Shown: positions 63,791 to 64,000 of the stretch, in pieces
Position numbering within the stretch: the stretch's first letter is position 1
Layout of the letters: the number at the start of each line of letters is the position of its first letter
Source of the DNA: Octopus sinensis
Taxonomy: Eukaryota
Direction of reading: 5' to 3'
Assembly (NCBI RefSeq): GCF_006345805.1
Contig: NC_043004.1
Location: forward strand, 31,558,001 to 31,622,000
Length of the DNA: 64,000 nucleotides
The notes under the pieces: model-generated
Told to the model about the DNA's origin: nothing
Database searches by the model: none
The model's input: the letters and a program-made list of their open reading frames with translations, nothing else
Position numbers and translations under genes: made by a program

Positions 63791-64000
63791 AGCATTTTAT
63801 TATCATTATTATTATTAAGGCGGCGAGCTGGCAGAAACACTGGGGTCGATATAATCTACTAGTCCCCTCCCTCAAAATTTCAAGCCTTGTGCCTTTAGTA
63901 GAAAGGATTATTATTATAGCTGCTGTTGCTGTTGTTGCTGTTGCTGTTGTTGTTGTTGTAGGTCTGTGAGCTGGTAGAATTGTTAGCGCATCGAACAAAA

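Overview
AT-rich eukaryotic DNA dense in microsatellites and transposons. The SINE, LINE and Helitron landscape suggests a coleoid cephalopod, probably Octopus (inference; not checked against a database). The one host gene I can support is a minus-strand class B1 (secretin-family) GPCR of the CRF/DH44-receptor type. Three exons with canonical splice sites join in frame (12127-12008, 10511-10399, 6949-6837) and encode the hormone-binding domain through TM1. The TM2-TM7 exons lie beyond the left edge, and a candidate upstream exon lies at 28924-29080. Everything else appears intronic or intergenic: four tRNA-derived SINE families, RTE LINEs carrying three C-terminal C2H2 fingers, R4/Dong-like, Tx1-like and CR1 LINE fragments, Penelope-like elements with hammerhead-ribozyme-like motifs, non-autonomous Helitrons, a full-length dead pogo (DD35D), a mariner, a Buster-type hAT, a Tigger-like MITE and an unclassified foldback element. 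The most notable observations are a SINE whose 3' tail matches Tx1 LINE 3' ends, hammerhead motifs (one on the GPCR sense strand inside an intron), triple-zinc-finger RTEs, and R4 fragments nested in SINE-derived (ATT)n tails. Repeat boundaries are approximate unless a TIR, TSD or splice site is quoted.
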